A DNA stretch of 59,368 nucleotides, filler included, from Sphacelaria rigidula (GCA_964200075.2; 7 parts of 7 records of this genome joined end to end with filler, not necessarily neighbours in it); one strand, 5' to 3'. Counted from the first letter of the whole stretch, positions 10,999 through 25,060 are shown. Program-made: numbers and translations. Notes: generated by a model not told the origin, from the sequence alone.

Positions 10999-13900
10999 TC
11001 AAGCTGATGGTAGCTGCAGAAAGGCGGCTGGCCTGTGATTGATCCAGACTAGAGGCTTGCTGAAGCTGCGTGCAGCGGGAGTTTGAAGGCTCCTATGACT
11101 GTGTGGTGCGGTGACGAAGCAAGGAAGTGTGCAAGTCGCGAAGGTCCGCTGACCTGCGAAAGGTTTGCAGATAGCCGGCGACAGCTATGGCGACCGGCTC
11201 GCGTAGTACGTCCAGCGTGACGCCCGTGGTTATGCGGGAAGAGTTGCGACCTCCCCAATACGGGGATAGGTACTCCGAGAGTGCATGTCGCACTTTCTAT
11301 GCGAAGTACGCGGAGTACAGTAAGCGTGTGGAGCACGCTAATGCAGGGGAGAAAGTGTGACACCAGGTAGTGTCGATGGCTCAAAAAGTACCGACGCGTG
11401 TGCAAAGAGTGTTTGCGCGTGTGGAACATGAAGAGAGCACAATCACCCTGCCGCAATTAGCTGCAGCTATCAAAAGCATGCTGGGCATGCGATGGGCACT
11501 TGCCATCGTTGTGGCCAGGTCGACCATTACGCGCGCGATTGCCAAACGTCTTACGGTGGAGAGTCTGCACAGTCTCATGCCACGCGCCATCAGCATCGTC
11601 AGCACAAAGGCAAAGGACACGGTAATCGGGGTGGTGGCGGCGGCGGATCCTCCGGCGGTGGAGGATCGTAGTCGAGTCCGCAGCAGCAGCAGCAGCAGCA
11701 GCAGTGGCGTCAGCATGGGTCTGGTTCTGGGTCCGACGCCGCCGTAGGTGCTGCTGCTCCTCAACGCGAGGTGCAGGTGGGACCGATTTCTACAGCGTCG
11801 AGCAATGCACCGGTGCCGAAGGTCACGCCGGTGACGACACCGGCAGCAGCACCAGGCGCGACACCTGCTGATGCGCTGGTCGGAGGTTCGCCAAATTCTT
11901 GGTGTGCTGGCTGGGCGTCGTATCCGCCAGCGGTGCCATTTGAACCTGCCGGGGCGTCTTCGCCTGCGCAGCTTACGCAGCCGTGGCGTCAAGTGGGACT
12001 AGCGGCGCATCGGTCTGCGAATTAAGTGCCAGTGGAGTTTGCGGACAAATACGTTCCTGCGGAGCTGCGTCTTCCAAATCAGCGGGAGCGTGGAGTCATT
12101 GGGGTTCGGGCTATGTAGGATACTGGCGCCCACTTCACGAGCCATGTGAGTCTGTCGGTGCAGACTGTAGAGATATTGAAGCGTCTTCTCCCGGGTGTGC
12201 CGCTACGCATTCTGTCATCGCTCGGGGCGCGGCAGGCCTTCACCGCGTCGGGTCAGCATGTTTACGTCGCAGAGCGTACTTTTCCGCTGCAGCTGACTTT
12301 TACGACTTCCTGGGGGCCGGCGCCGTTGCCTCCGATCTCGTTTGCGATCATGCCGGGGTCGGATGTCGTCCTTCCTCTGGGGTTGCCGACGCTTCAGGAT
12401 CTTGGAGTCGACCCGTATGCGCGGTTGTGGGACTCCATGAAGACGCGAATGTCTCCGCGTGGTCCGCACTCGGAGACGCCCGCCTTTTGGGGCAGTCGTC
12501 GCGTGAGTTTATCGGTGGATGCTTTTCAGGAGGCTGAGGAGCACGTGACCGAGGAGCGGAATGCGGCGGTGGAACGTTTGGTAGAGCGTGGCCCGGAGAT
12601 GGTCATGGTTCCCGCGGAAGAGGAGTCCGCTGGGAAGGTCGCGCTGGAGGAGAGCGTGACGGATGCTGTGGCGAAGGGCCTGAGCGTCTCAAAAGCGGGG
12701 CACTTGCGCGGCATATTGCATCACCGCGTCAACGCGTTTCGTCGTGCGCTACGGGATCATCCCCATGCGCGCGTGGAGCCCATGCGTGTTCAGCTAAAGC
12801 CTGGGGTGTCCGCGGTGAAGACGAAGCCGCGGCGGTACGATCCAGTGAAGTCGAGTTGGTTGGCATCGTGTATGGTGGCTCTTTTGGCGCTCGGGTTGGT
12901 GTTACGGAACTCGCAGGCGGGGTGGTCCAGTGCGGATATGGCGATTCCAAAGAAGGCTGCATCGTGGACGGAGGGCAGGCTGCAGGCGTGGGCGGAAGCG
13001 AAGGATCTGGTGACTCATGCCGTGGCGTTGTTCCATCCTCGTCCTTATTGTCAGGCGTTCATGTTTCTGGATGCATCCAAGTGCCATTGGGGGTTTTGTC
13101 ACGCAGGTGCCTAGAGTTGAAATGCAAAGACGCTTGCCAGTTGAGGACATGATGCATGATTAGCCGCTGGCTTTCCTCGGTGGTGATTTCAAGGGTTCGC
13201 AGTTGCGTTGGGTCATAATTGACAAGGAAGGTTTTGCTTTCGTGAGCACTTTTCGTCGTTTGGAACATCTCTTGTGGGATGGCGTGCACATTTTCACGGA
13301 TCATCGAAATTTCGTGTATATTTTCAACCCGGAAGTGTGCGTTACGTCTGTGTCGAAGGCATTGGCACATCGTTTGGAGTGTTGAAAAGCTGTTCTTGCC
13401 CAGTATCGTTACTTGATTTTCCACATTTCGGGTGACCGTAACGTGTGGGGTGACTTGCTTTCGCGTTGAGTAAATATTCCGGCCTTGCCTGCGCGCGCTG
13501 TGGCTGTGTATGGTCCGTGTGAACCTGATGACTCTCTGCCGTCCAAATCTGTTGTCCGCCAAGCGCAACAAAAAGACCTTGGGACCGAAGATGTGGATGT
13601 GCAAACTTTCGAGTCGGACGTTGGTACTGCTATTTCGGACAATGAAGGTCTGTTTCGTGTGCACGTGCGTGGCCAAAACGGCCTGTGGATTCCGAGTTCT
13701 GACAAGCAGTTGCAGGTACGTCTGATGGTTTGCGCGCACATGCGCGATGCCGGGCATCGTGGTGTGGCTGCTCGTGCGCTTGCAAGAGTATTGTGTCTGG
13801 CAGGGGATACAAACTCATATGTGCGAATTTGTCCTCCGGTGTCTTCGCTGTGCTGACTCGAGGGCGGGTGATGTTTTTCCCCGCCCGCTCGGTGAAACGG

Positions 13901-15140
13901 TCCATGAGACCATGCCGAATGAAGTCGTTCATTTTGACTTCTTGTACGTGGGCGAGAGTGGCCCGCTAGCTTCCCAAGGTTTGTCGAAGGATGCTGGGTT
14001 TCGATACATTTTGAGAAACTTTGTGGCTCTGGAACCAGTAACCGTGTGTACTGCTGAATCGACCGGTGCATCTTTGCTGAATTGGTGCAAACCTTTGGGG
14101 GTGCCGCGTGTATGGGTGAGTGATACCGCCACGCACTTTAAGAATGCGATCTTGGCCCGATTGCGAGAGGCTTTGCACGTTGATAACCAGTTTGCGGCGG
14201 CGTATTCTCCGTGGTCTAACGGCACGTGCGATGGCACGGTCAAGGAAGTAGGTCGTGCTCTTCGCTCTATTCTTTTCGAGCGGCGTAGAGCGGTTTCCGA
14301 GTGAGTGAACGTGTTGCCTGCGGTGCAATGGGCACTCAATACAGCGCATCATCGTCGTCACGATAGTACGCCGTACCACGTGATGTTTCGTCGTGCTTCT
14401 CAGACGTCTTCCTCGGTTTTGGCGTCTTCGGCGGGGGAATGGAAATGTGATGTTTTGGACGATGATCAAATTAAGCGTGCATTGCAGGGAGTGTTGGACT
14501 TGCAAGAACGTTTCAACGTTCAAGTGCAGGAGCTTGTTGCCGCTGAACGTGCGCGTAGACGTGAGGGGTCCTCGTCGGGGCTGGAACTGCCGAATTTTGA
14601 GGTAGGCGACTATGTCTTGTATGCACGCGTGCGTCGTCCGGGCGTTACGCCCAAGTTGATGGCGACGTGGGCTGGCCCATGGAGAGTGGTTGGGGCTAAC
14701 CCCCCGCACATGTTTGGGATTCAGAACACTGTTTCGGGTCGTGTTCAGATCGCCCATGTACCTCGTTTGCGTTTTAATGCAGACTCGCAGCTTAATGTTA
14801 CGGCTGACGTGAAGGACGTATTGCAGCATGCTTTCAATCAGGGGCAGTTTCAGGTGGCTGGCATCATCTGAGTGGCCAAAGCAGACGATCGTTCGTTGAT
14901 CGTGTTGATCGACTGGGTTGATTTCGAAGTTGAGCAGCGTACGTGGGAGCCTTTGAAGGATATTTTTGAGGCCGCTCCGGAATCTTTCACCAACGAGTTG
15001 CGTATGTTACGCGGGACTCGTACCGTTGCTTCTCGCATCATGAGTGAGTTTGGTATTCAGTTGTGACTTACTCATCGTTTTGGCGTTTTCTATGTGTCAA
15101 GCTTGTTGATCGATTTTCGTCCAACGCGCTTTGGGGGTGC

Positions 15141-15388
15141 TGTGACGAAAATACGCCGTTACGTTGAGTTGGCGGTGATGATATGGAGAACGACTGGGGG
15201 CACGGGTATTCTGAATAATGACCGGGACACGGGAATGATACCCTGCGTGTCTGGGAGATTGGTGCATAAAAGGGGCACTCCATGATAATGAAATGTTGTG
15301 AAGGGGGACAACTGAAACTGAGGCCAGTAAGAATGGGGAGTCCCTCAACAGCAGTGATCCACAAGTTCTTCTTCCGGCTGGCGTCACA
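15141..15388 (+). repeat. 3' LTR of the Gypsy element
   Basis: TGTGACGAAAATACGCC...GGCGTCACA, preceded by a short G-tract (TTGGGGGTGC) at the polypurine-tract position. Confidence 0.93.
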
Positions 15389-18300
15389 GATTGAGAGTGA
15401 AATGGGGTCGATTAGTGAATGAATTGTTTCAGTTCCGAAATGCCCCTCCATGAGGCTCGACATGCTTTCTATACTAGTTTGTCACTGAGGCTCTTATATC
15501 CCTGAGTACAGTAGTGGGCGGTCTAACTATTCAGGGGTGCTTTGGGGTTTTCCTTGGGTATTACTCTTTGATAGAACTCGAAAATGCTCCAGTAACATAG
15601 ATAGATTGTAGTACAATGAACATATCATCCTCGAAACACGGGGCCCAAGTCAGTGTTAGTTGGTGCTATCGGGCGATACGAGTGAATGCCCCGTTCATCA
15701 CGATGCTGTTTTTGACCGTGAAACACTGTATTTCGTGAAACACTGTTTTTCGGCTCTAGTACAATGAGTAGATAGAATTTCAAAAAAATAAAACTATACC
15801 TTTCTTCGTAAGTATAGATTGCCCAGGACGCTTCCAATTCCAATTTATTTCGGCTTCTGGGACGTTGCCGTCTCGAATTTCGGCGGTGAACCCGGAGTGG
15901 TCTCGGCTGGGCCCTCTACTCTAAAATGAAGGTCTGCCCGTAAGGTATTTTGTATTTAGACGTGGTATTTATCTCCTTACGGTAGGTAGTAGAGGGACTG
16001 GTAGATTTCAGTACCAAAACACCCAGGTATGATCATGTAAATGCTTTGTTTTGTGTCTCGTTCGAATCACGTGTTGCATGAAAAACTACCTGTACTGCAG
16101 TATGGTTGCGCCCTTGCATTCCTTGACAAATACTACGGTCCCCGCGCCTCGTACACAGTACAGTTCATGATAACCAGAGCATGTCGGTGGCGTTTATTTC
16201 ATGCATATTCGTTTTTGAACTGGTACGGTATACTAGTTCGTACGACACGGAGCATGCGGCAGTACTAGATCGAAAAACTGATAGACCACACCTCCAAGTG
16301 CAACAACGATGGACTCGCTGGTATGTCTTCTGCGTGCCTTCGAATAAAGCGTCACGAAACATGAGGAGCAATACCGTGACGGGCTGCCACAGGAGAGCAC
16401 AACGCTGTAGTGCACAAGCGCGCTGGCACGGTGTCGGCAACACGGGAACGCTAGCGCGCGTGCTGCTCAAAAATAACGCGCTCTGCCCACGAAATTGAAT
16501 TCAGTGTGATTTATTCAATTTCAATGCAAAGGTTACCCTTTGGATGTGGAGCCGATCCTGTACCAACCGCGGCGTGACGCCTGCGGCAGTACTACCTGCT
16601 CACTGCACAGCGGCAGGGCGCAGGGTGACAAAGCACACCGCAGAACGTCGCACCCTTGGTCTATCCCTGCTCTGCATTGATTTTGCGTTGTCTTATGCAG
16701 TTCGCCACATCATGAGTGCAGCCGTTGTATCGCAGCCAAGGTATACGCAGGATATGAACCTCCTCGCCACGCGCTATATTGCTTCGTCACATTTTGTAAA
16801 GCTGTCCGTGTTGCAGCTACAGCGTGCGTTTGCCCCAAGTGGCGCACGCAGGAGTGAAAGGCCGCCTCCGCCGCTGTAATGGCTACCTGCATNNNNNNNN
16901 NNNNNNNNNNNNNNNNNNNNNNNNNNNNNNNNNNNNTTAATTAATTAANNNNNNNNNNNNNNNNNNNNNNNNNNNNNNNNNNNNNNNNNNNNTGTGACCC
17001 CGGCTGATGCGCCCACATATACCGAAACGTGTAGACTGGTGCAGAATAAATGGGACGACAACCCCCCCCCCCCCCCTCCCGCGAATTACTGCTGTCCAGA
17101 GCCCGGGTGCGGTGGGACTTTCGATTTACTCACAGTGCTCCCGCTTACTGTGATGGTTTGATGTGCAGGTCGTGCGGATGTATAAGGTGGTTCGAGTGGT
17201 GGCATGATCCGTCTGTTTTACACACTGTGCCTCCCCTGACAGTCGAAATGAATTTGACCATTTCTACAACGACGGCTCAACCATTTAATTTCAGCACACG
17301 GAGGGAGCTGGCGCTTTCATTCTGTAGACAGCCTTCGCTACCTGCCTGCTTTCTCTTCTTGCGATAGCTGCACGCGGTACTGGAGTTGTTGTACTGTTGT
17401 TGTACAACACTAGGCAGGACAAAATAGCCTGTAGTAGAGTATGTCTGCAGTGGAGAGCGATGACACGCTGATTGTTTTAAACGTTGCATTTGGGTGTTGA
17501 TGAAAAGGCGAATGTTGTATTTGGGTGTTGATGAAAAGGGACAACGCCCCTACAACGCGAAATATTTGTGTAGTGAAGTGTAAAATTCAACGAATCAGAG
17601 GTCTTTCAGTAAGGAATCGGCGGAATCTAGCGCCTATAAAATGCGACCTTGGAAATGATTTTGTAGCGGAAAATACTTGTGGTTGGCTCACAGACTCGAG
17701 TCACACCTGCAGCCCACGTACTACAGACAGTTCATGAATGTAGAATCGCGCCGGGACGGGCAGAGCAGCAACAGAGAAACAAAGTAGCAAGTGCACAAGC
17801 ACGCAGCAAGTGGTACATTGCCGCCGCAGGGGGTCAATGCGATGCTTGGTCATCGGTATTCCCCATCTTAATATGGCTGGTTGCATCTTTCCGTGGCCGC
17901 TGCTGCTGGCGCGCGGCAGCAGCAGCGGCCGCCATGTTGCCGCGTGCAATCAGTACCCTGGTGGTGCAGTACAGTACACCCGCGCTATGCTGTGCGTTGC
18001 TCCTTTCATCGAAGTGCGGGGTCTGGCCCAGCCGGTCGAGCGGTGTATACCGGCGCTGGTTGTGTGCCTTCACCCAGCCGTATTTGGTATCGCGTGAAAG
18101 ATGGGTCTAGGCAGCGCCTTGTTCGTTTTATGAAAGACGAAGCAGCCAACATACCGAAGTGTCCAACGATCAATGTGTATACAGCACTGCGTCCCGACTG
18201 ACAACATTTTCTACAGAGACGAACACAACGACCGTACAGCTAGCTGCTCGGGCATTCACAGCCGAGACCAGACCGTCTTCGCAAGGTGTGAACAAACCAC

Positions 18301-19634
18301 CATACAGTGATGGCTACAGCGCATGAAAGAGGGCATGAGTGTGTTTGTGCGTCAGTGCGGTGAAACAGGACATGTCCCATGCTGTAGTTCGTCGCCTGGT
18401 TTTTAACGGATCTTCAATTTTGGCCGTGTGCCAATCTTGATCGCCCGGCCATACTCCTGCTTGGCACAAATAATTTCGTTCACTGCAAAGAAATTCCCGT
18501 GTATGGTCCCCGAGCCGATGAACAAGGTTTGTTTATACGGTACAGGAGCAGCAGTACAGACAGTACAGTGTAGTTGAGGAGACATGATGCGCATGCGTGC
18601 GACGTTACAACATGCTGGAGGTATGTGGGTACCTCCCCCAAAGTCTCCAAGACTGCTACCAGCAGTGGCGAAGAGTATGTATGTTGTTTGGCTGCCAGCG
18701 TGCATTGCAAAGCATGAGAGCACATATCCAACGAAAAATGGCTCAGCGAAGACATTCATGCACTTGGCTTGACTCGAAGGCGGTGGGGGTTCTCCTGCTC
18801 TACTATCCACGCAACTGTACAATATTCACGTGTCTATTCAAGTAGGCGTGGTGTCACTCGAAAAACATGAGTTCCGGACTCAAGTTGACCATGAGCAATA
18901 TTTGGCAATCTGGGGTGGGTCGTGGTCGAAGATGTTACCCTCTGCGCGCCCACAGATGAACACCTGGGTTTTTCTGGTCATTTTTTACTAGAAGTGAGGA
19001 TACAATTGGGCACCTATTCCAAGCGTGTTGGTAGAATTGGTGTGTTTGAGTTAGCAAGGCGTGCATCAGGCCTGGCAATTGGTGGATCGCTGTGCTAGAG
19101 TCCGTATCTGCTTTTGATGGAAACGTGTACACATGAAACTGATACTACCTATCGTTCATTGTCCAGCATATGCAGCAATTTACTCGAGTTATGAAGAGGC
19201 TGTAGACAAAATTTAATTTGTGGTGGCGAGGGCCTGTTTATTTCGCCACGACAGCACAGTTAGTAAGCAGTGTACGCCGTACATGCGTGAGAAACTCCAG
19301 CGCGAGAACACACCTCATTCCTAAAAATGTGATCAAAATTTGCGGTCCACATTCTTGCGTTTGGCAACTGGAATCCTCCTCTGCCAACGCATATTTGCCG
19401 GACGAGGCTTGCCAACAGCTAGTTCTCAACCGAATAGCGTTGGCCCTCGACGTTTAGGCTGACTCAGCAGGAACAAGTTCGTCCGACCAACTTTTGGTCC
19501 ATATTACTGCTTGTATTCTATTGATTCGTTTGTGGGCGACTGACTATAGCATGACTAAAGCACGACTATTGTACGTTCAACAGTCTCGACAAGGGCTGTT
19601 TCCGCCTGGTGGCACGTATTTTTGCTTGTGACAG

Positions 19635-22600
19635 GTTCGCAGCCACCGAAACGGGCAGATCCTGGCGATGAAGTGCATATCCAAGAAAATGCTCGAGCGG
19701 CGCAATCACATGACGTACATGCAAGCTGAGAGAGACATCATGACCAAGGTGGGAGCATGGTAAAGTGGCGTGTCGAGCACCCCTGTAGCAAGGTATTCAC
19801 GTTTTATGCTCTTGTGCGTTTGTCACTCATACAGCATGTTTCAAATTGGTGTGCTACGCTATCCTCTTTCTAACTTGACAAATCGTAGGTTTGCACTTGG
19901 TTCTTTCAAAATTACAATGTGGATCACTTAATCCCGCGTGAAATATGGATCCCTCGATCGCTTGCTGTGCAATTTCATGTGCAATATCATCTGCCAGGTG
20001 TCGCATCCCTTTGTGGTTGCTTTACAGTGTGCTTTTCAGAGCGAATCCAAGCTGTTCCTGGTTATGGAATATCTTCCAGGCGGCGAGCTGTTTTTCCACC
20101 TCAGCAAAAAAGGCTTGTTTTCAGAGGAGTACGCGAGGTTTTACGCGGCCGAAATGGTACTGGCCTTGGAGCATTTGCACTCGAAGGGAATCATCCACAG
20201 GTGCTGAAACTTGTGGTCCCGGATCCGGGTAACTCCGGGATAAACGCTGGCTGCATACGCTGAATCTTGGCAAGGGACTCACGTGTTGCTGGTGCAATCA
20301 GAGTCTGACTACCCACCTCTTGTCCACATATTCAACGTGCTTGAGACAACATTTTTAGCTTCCCTGTAGGCGTTGTGGTGAACAAAAAAATGTGACGTCG
20401 ATGTTGACTTTTTGCATGCTGGCGCGTATATGGCAGCGTAAGATATTATCAAGAACAGCCAGTTAGGGCGTGGAGTTGCGGGGTCGACTCCGGATAAGTA
20501 ATATACCATATTTTCGAGAAGAATTTGGTTTCCGCAGTTGAAAGAGTAAGGACGCGAATAGCCAAACAAAATGAAAATATCGATGGGGTGCGGGATTGTC
20601 GACAGCACGCCAGGCATGTACTGGTTGATCTCTTGAGACGGCAGACGTCACCCGAGCAAGAAGTGGCAGTTGGCTGTATGACGAATGGAGAAAAAGAAGC
20701 GATTCATGTTGAAAAACAAGACGGCACTGGTGAAGTGTGGCTCGCGGAAACCACGAGCGCACCGGGTTGTCTGCTCATTGAGGGTGATTGTTGATTTACG
20801 CTTTCAGTGGCGTCCAATCACTTGATCCTGCTATCTTGAGCCGAAGAGGTATCGTTATACCACACTCGCTTGCAGAGCACACCTCGGTGGATTCCGGGAG
20901 GTGACTGTGAGACTCACGTTTTCGCGTATTGTATCATTCCCTCCATTCCTTGTATGTCACGGTATCAGGGATCTCAAGCCGGAGAATCTGCTACTGGGAG
21001 CCAATGGGCACATAGCTTTGACTGACTTCGGCTTGGCCAAGGTGAAATATGTCGCTTGTTCCGCACAGGCGACGCTGTTGCTGAACGAAACGTGCACGAG
21101 CTAAAAAATGTTGTGACATGTCGAGAGGAGACCGTGTGTGTTGGCAAAACATGATAGTGGATTGCGCACCACGATGTGTGCCCCACCCGGCCAAACCGTT
21201 GCAAGTTCCGTGCATAGATTGGAGGTATCTATACCTAGGGCCGTGTCTAGGTTATTCAGATATGATCATAGCTCAGTGTGCACCACTTGAACTGTTGGCA
21301 GGAGCTCAGCCATGCAGAAGACGACGGTTTGAAGACAATTTGCGGGACAAACGAGTACATGGCGCCAGAGATGATACTACGCAAGGGCTATGGTAAAGCT
21401 GTTGATTGGTGGTCGATGGGTGCTTTGGTTTACGAGATGACATCGGGATATACCCCATTTCAGGGAAAGACCCCGAAGGACCTGAATCGTAAGATTCTGA
21501 ACGAGCGAGTGTCTCTTCCCAAGTGGCTGAGTCCAGGTACTCATCAGGTGAGGCGCTTGTTCTTGATGCGTCGTTTCTCTCAAGTGTTTTTTGCCCACTG
21601 CTGTATGTGTTGATATTTTGGTCTATCGTGAAGACTCTCACGCATGCTTCTACTTTTGTATTTCGAGTGCCCACTATTCGTGACCGTGGAGCTTCGTTTG
21701 GTCGGGAGACGATGAGACCATTCTTCCTAATTCTACCCGATGGGGAAAGAAGTTGTACATGTGACGTCTCCCCAATTGCACCGTTTTCTCCTCGCGAACC
21801 TGGCGTTATCTTGAATTAATCTCTACAAACAACTTGCGCTGCAGTGCCTTCTTTTGCACCCACCTTTCCGTAGTTGTAGGTGGGAGATAGAGCCAGTGCT
21901 GATAATGCTAATAGCAAATCCCGCTGGCAAAAGCAAGTTACGTGTTGTGATGATGCACGAAGTCTTTTTGCACAGTGTAATCCTCACACAGGCACCGGTG
22001 CTGCTGAACCGCACCTTGACCCACCTCAACGTTTTTGCACCTTGATAGGTTTTGAGGGGGTTCCTTGAGCGGAACGTGAGCAAACGCCTAGGCGCCACAA
22101 AAACCACGATGTTCGACATTGGCGGAGCGACAGCAGTAAAGCATCATGCCTTCTTCAAGGACATCGACTGGGCCAAGCTGATTGCGCTGCAAGTGGAGCC
22201 GCCGCTCAAACCAGAACTAGTTAGCACAACAGACACCAGCAATTTCTGTCTAGATTTTGTGAACATGGCCGTTCCAAGGTCCATATCTGAAGATTCTTTG
22301 GTTAGCAATCATGGAACTGTAGGGTCTAGGACAGAACAAGCAGTGCCAGGGCTATTCCGTGGATTTTCGTTCGTAGCTGATACTTTCGTGGACGACGAAG
22401 ACTGGCGACGTCGTGAGCACGGGAAAGACTCGTTGCATGGGATAGACAAAGTAGACGAGATACAAAATGGGGCTCTGGATGCAATCGGAGGCACGGCTGA
22501 GTTAATTCCTCCCAAGAAGGTGAAGGGGAAGCGCGTGAGAAAAAAAGGGAAGGGAAAAGCAGCACCTCCTGGTGTTGTTCACCAGGGCCCGCCACACGTA

Positions 22601-23221
22601 CATGCGGCCGAAGGCGAACAGGGAGACAGCGCGAGTCACTCCAGTATTGCTCTCGCTACTCCCGAGCAAAGCGTACAGAACGCGAACCTCGAAGCGCCTT
22701 GTACGTCGGACGTGAAAAAAACAACGGCGGTGGCTCGAGCTCGCGTGGGGGGAGGGGAGAGCAAGCTGTCGTTGGCAGCCATGCTGGCCAAGCAGAAGAG
22801 CGAAAACCCGGCTCCGGCTGATTCAACGCCGTCGGCGCCCCGTCGCCCGAATGTGTGGGGTGCCGCGACACTTCCAACCCCTGCTCCCGTACCCATACCA
22901 TCTGGCCTTCCTCGACCGGTTGGTGAAATGCAGAAGAAGCCGTCTCTAGCTGCTATGCTGGCGAAGCAAGAGGCAGACTACCCTCCGTTATCTGCGGCAC
23001 CACCGTCTAGAACGACGCGTACGACTGTGTGGAGTGCTCGTCAGTTACCCTCTCCTGCCCCAGTACCGATACCTTGTGGCCCACCAAGGAGTAACGTACC
23101 GCAAACGAAGGACGGGAGAGCTCCGAAGGCCGGAAGGAGACGCCCAGTGAACGATACGGTGACCGTAACTGGGGACCCCTCGAAAGGAAATGCGATGTCT
23201 GTGTGGAAACGGCCTGTTTAG
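19635..23221 (+). CDS. S6K: AGC-family Ser/Thr kinase, ribosomal protein S6 kinase (p70 S6K)-like; 5' exons not found in this contig
   Basis: Exons 19635-19748, 19998-20200, 20969-21041, 21302-21547, 22049-23221, all GT-AG and in phase. Motifs LAMK, AERDIM, HPFVV, MEYLPGGELF, HRDLKPEN, DFGLAK, TICGTNEYMAPE, VDWWS, PPLKP...DTSNF and hydrophobic motif FRGFSF. The Gly-rich loop exon was not seen. Confidence 0.92.
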
Positions 23222-25060
23222 CGCGTGGTGTATGTATATAGTAGATTTTACTTTCGACCATGTACGTGTGACATCAGTAGATACAAAGTGTGTGAGCTTT
23301 CCCAAGTTTGTCAAATGCAATGGTTGATTTTTTCTGTTTCTTAGCGAATGAGTGGGAGTGCAGTATATTTATTGGGGATGTTGAGCCTGGAGCGTTCGTT
23401 GACGGGCGATAGCAGGTTTCGGCTCTGTCAACGCGAGTGAAACGCAAAATTATGTGATACACCTCGAGTCCTTGACTCTTGCTTGATCGTGCTCGAGTCC
23501 AGTCGTATTATCCGCAGCACCCGTAGCCCACGAAAACTGGGTACCCCAGACAAATCCATATGTTGATGAACACTTCGTCGGACAGGCGTGCATATATACA
23601 TCCCTCTCATCAACGCGCCGCTGTACGTTCGGCAGGTTGTGACTCCACATCGGACATGAGGCCATGCATTCCAAAAAATTTCTTCCAAAGAATATGTTGA
23701 ATGCAAGTGTAGGGTATTTATTGACCCGTTGTGACTGCAAAGAATCGTGTATCGGCGCTTGTTTGCTTTCAGAATATCCAATTGCAACGTAACTCGTCGG
23801 AATCCTAACCCTCAGACAGCGAGCCCCCCGAAGGTGGACTAAGATGGGCCATGATACATTTGGGGTTCAAGACAGCTCTTTTCTCGCTACGAGACACAAA
23901 ACGCCTCTTTTTCATTATCATGTTGATGTTGGGCATCAAAAAATAGTCCTGGAAAGCACCTGACCGGTTTTGACTTTGTCGTATATTGCTTATTGCAGGA
24001 TCAGTATATGCGCTGTAGTGGGTCTTCGCTGGATACAACGGCAAGAAACGGTCAGCGTGCCTTCGTTCTCCACTGAAGACGTTTTTGCTCAGTGTTCCAC
24101 ACCACTACAGTATCAAGCCATGGTGGCGACACACAAAGGGCCAGGCGGGTGTTCAAAAACGAGCAACGTTCCAAGTTTCAAATTGGTTGTTGTCTCAGGC
24201 CATTCCAGATACGGCATTGGATTCCTGTGACAGAAAACTGTCTTGTTTTTTTCAGAATACTTTTCAAAGAACAAGCAGAAATATTCAAAACCGCCCAAAA
24301 CGTGACTCCATTATATGGAGTACAGGGTACTACACTGAACAGCACAGTTCTTGCAGTGTTTTTTAGAACCTGAACACACCTACAATGTCGTGCTTTTTAA
24401 AACCTAGTGTACACACAGCTACCGCACAGCAGACAGCAGATAAAGTGTAGTACAACGATGGTGTATCATCCAACCCGCAAGGGAGCTACCGTACCGCTGA
24501 TCGTCCGATCCCGCAACAAGCAGGGAGATAACTCAAGGTGAAATAAATTGACCCAGCTTTTGAAAACCGCCACTCTGCCAAAGTCGAGCCCATCCGAAAT
24601 CAGGGCAAGAACTATCGCATGGGACATGTCCTGTATCACTGTGCCGCAGCACAAACACACTCATGCGCTGTCTCTTGCGCTGTAGCTGTCGCTGCGCTGT
24701 GGTGTGTCCAGGCCGTTTCGAAGACGGCTTGGTCTACGCCGGGACTGACTGCCTGAGTTGCTTTACTTCTGTCATGGCATTCGCTTCGAAAAATAATGCT
24801 GTCGGCACGCAGCGGTCTGTGGACACCCCAGTCAAACGAACAAGGCGCTTCCCACACCCATCATTTCTTCGCTGTAGTCGTCGCTGTGCTGTTGTGCATC
24901 TACACACTCTACGACGATCACAGTGTGATGTTTGCTGGAGAGTGCGTGAACAGTTGTAATGCTGCATGCTGTGTTCCGGCCTGCGCAAAAGTGGGGTGAG
25001 ATCAAAGTGCTGTACACAGAGTTGAAACGAGCCCATGACGACCGTGTAGCTGTCAATCAA

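Larger units (their letters stand above)
9985..15388 (+). mobile_element. Decayed Ty3/Gypsy LTR retrotransposon with chromodomain
   Basis: LTRs 9985-10434 and 15141-15388 (TGTGACG...CGTCACA), with 4-bp TSD GATT (9981-9984, 15389-15392). Protease *DTGA at 12116-12130; RT N-terminus only; RNase H (FLDAS, KEGFA, FTDHRN); integrase zinc finger (HMRDAGHRG...CLRC) and core (HFDFL, VSDTATHF, YSPWSNG); chromodomain (IDWVDF...TWEP). Many stops and frameshifts. Confidence 0.95.

Noticed and set aside
17006..17062. Short repeat shared with ~41058-41113
   Set aside because: The similarity is real, but it is too short to classify and has no termini or TSD evidence.
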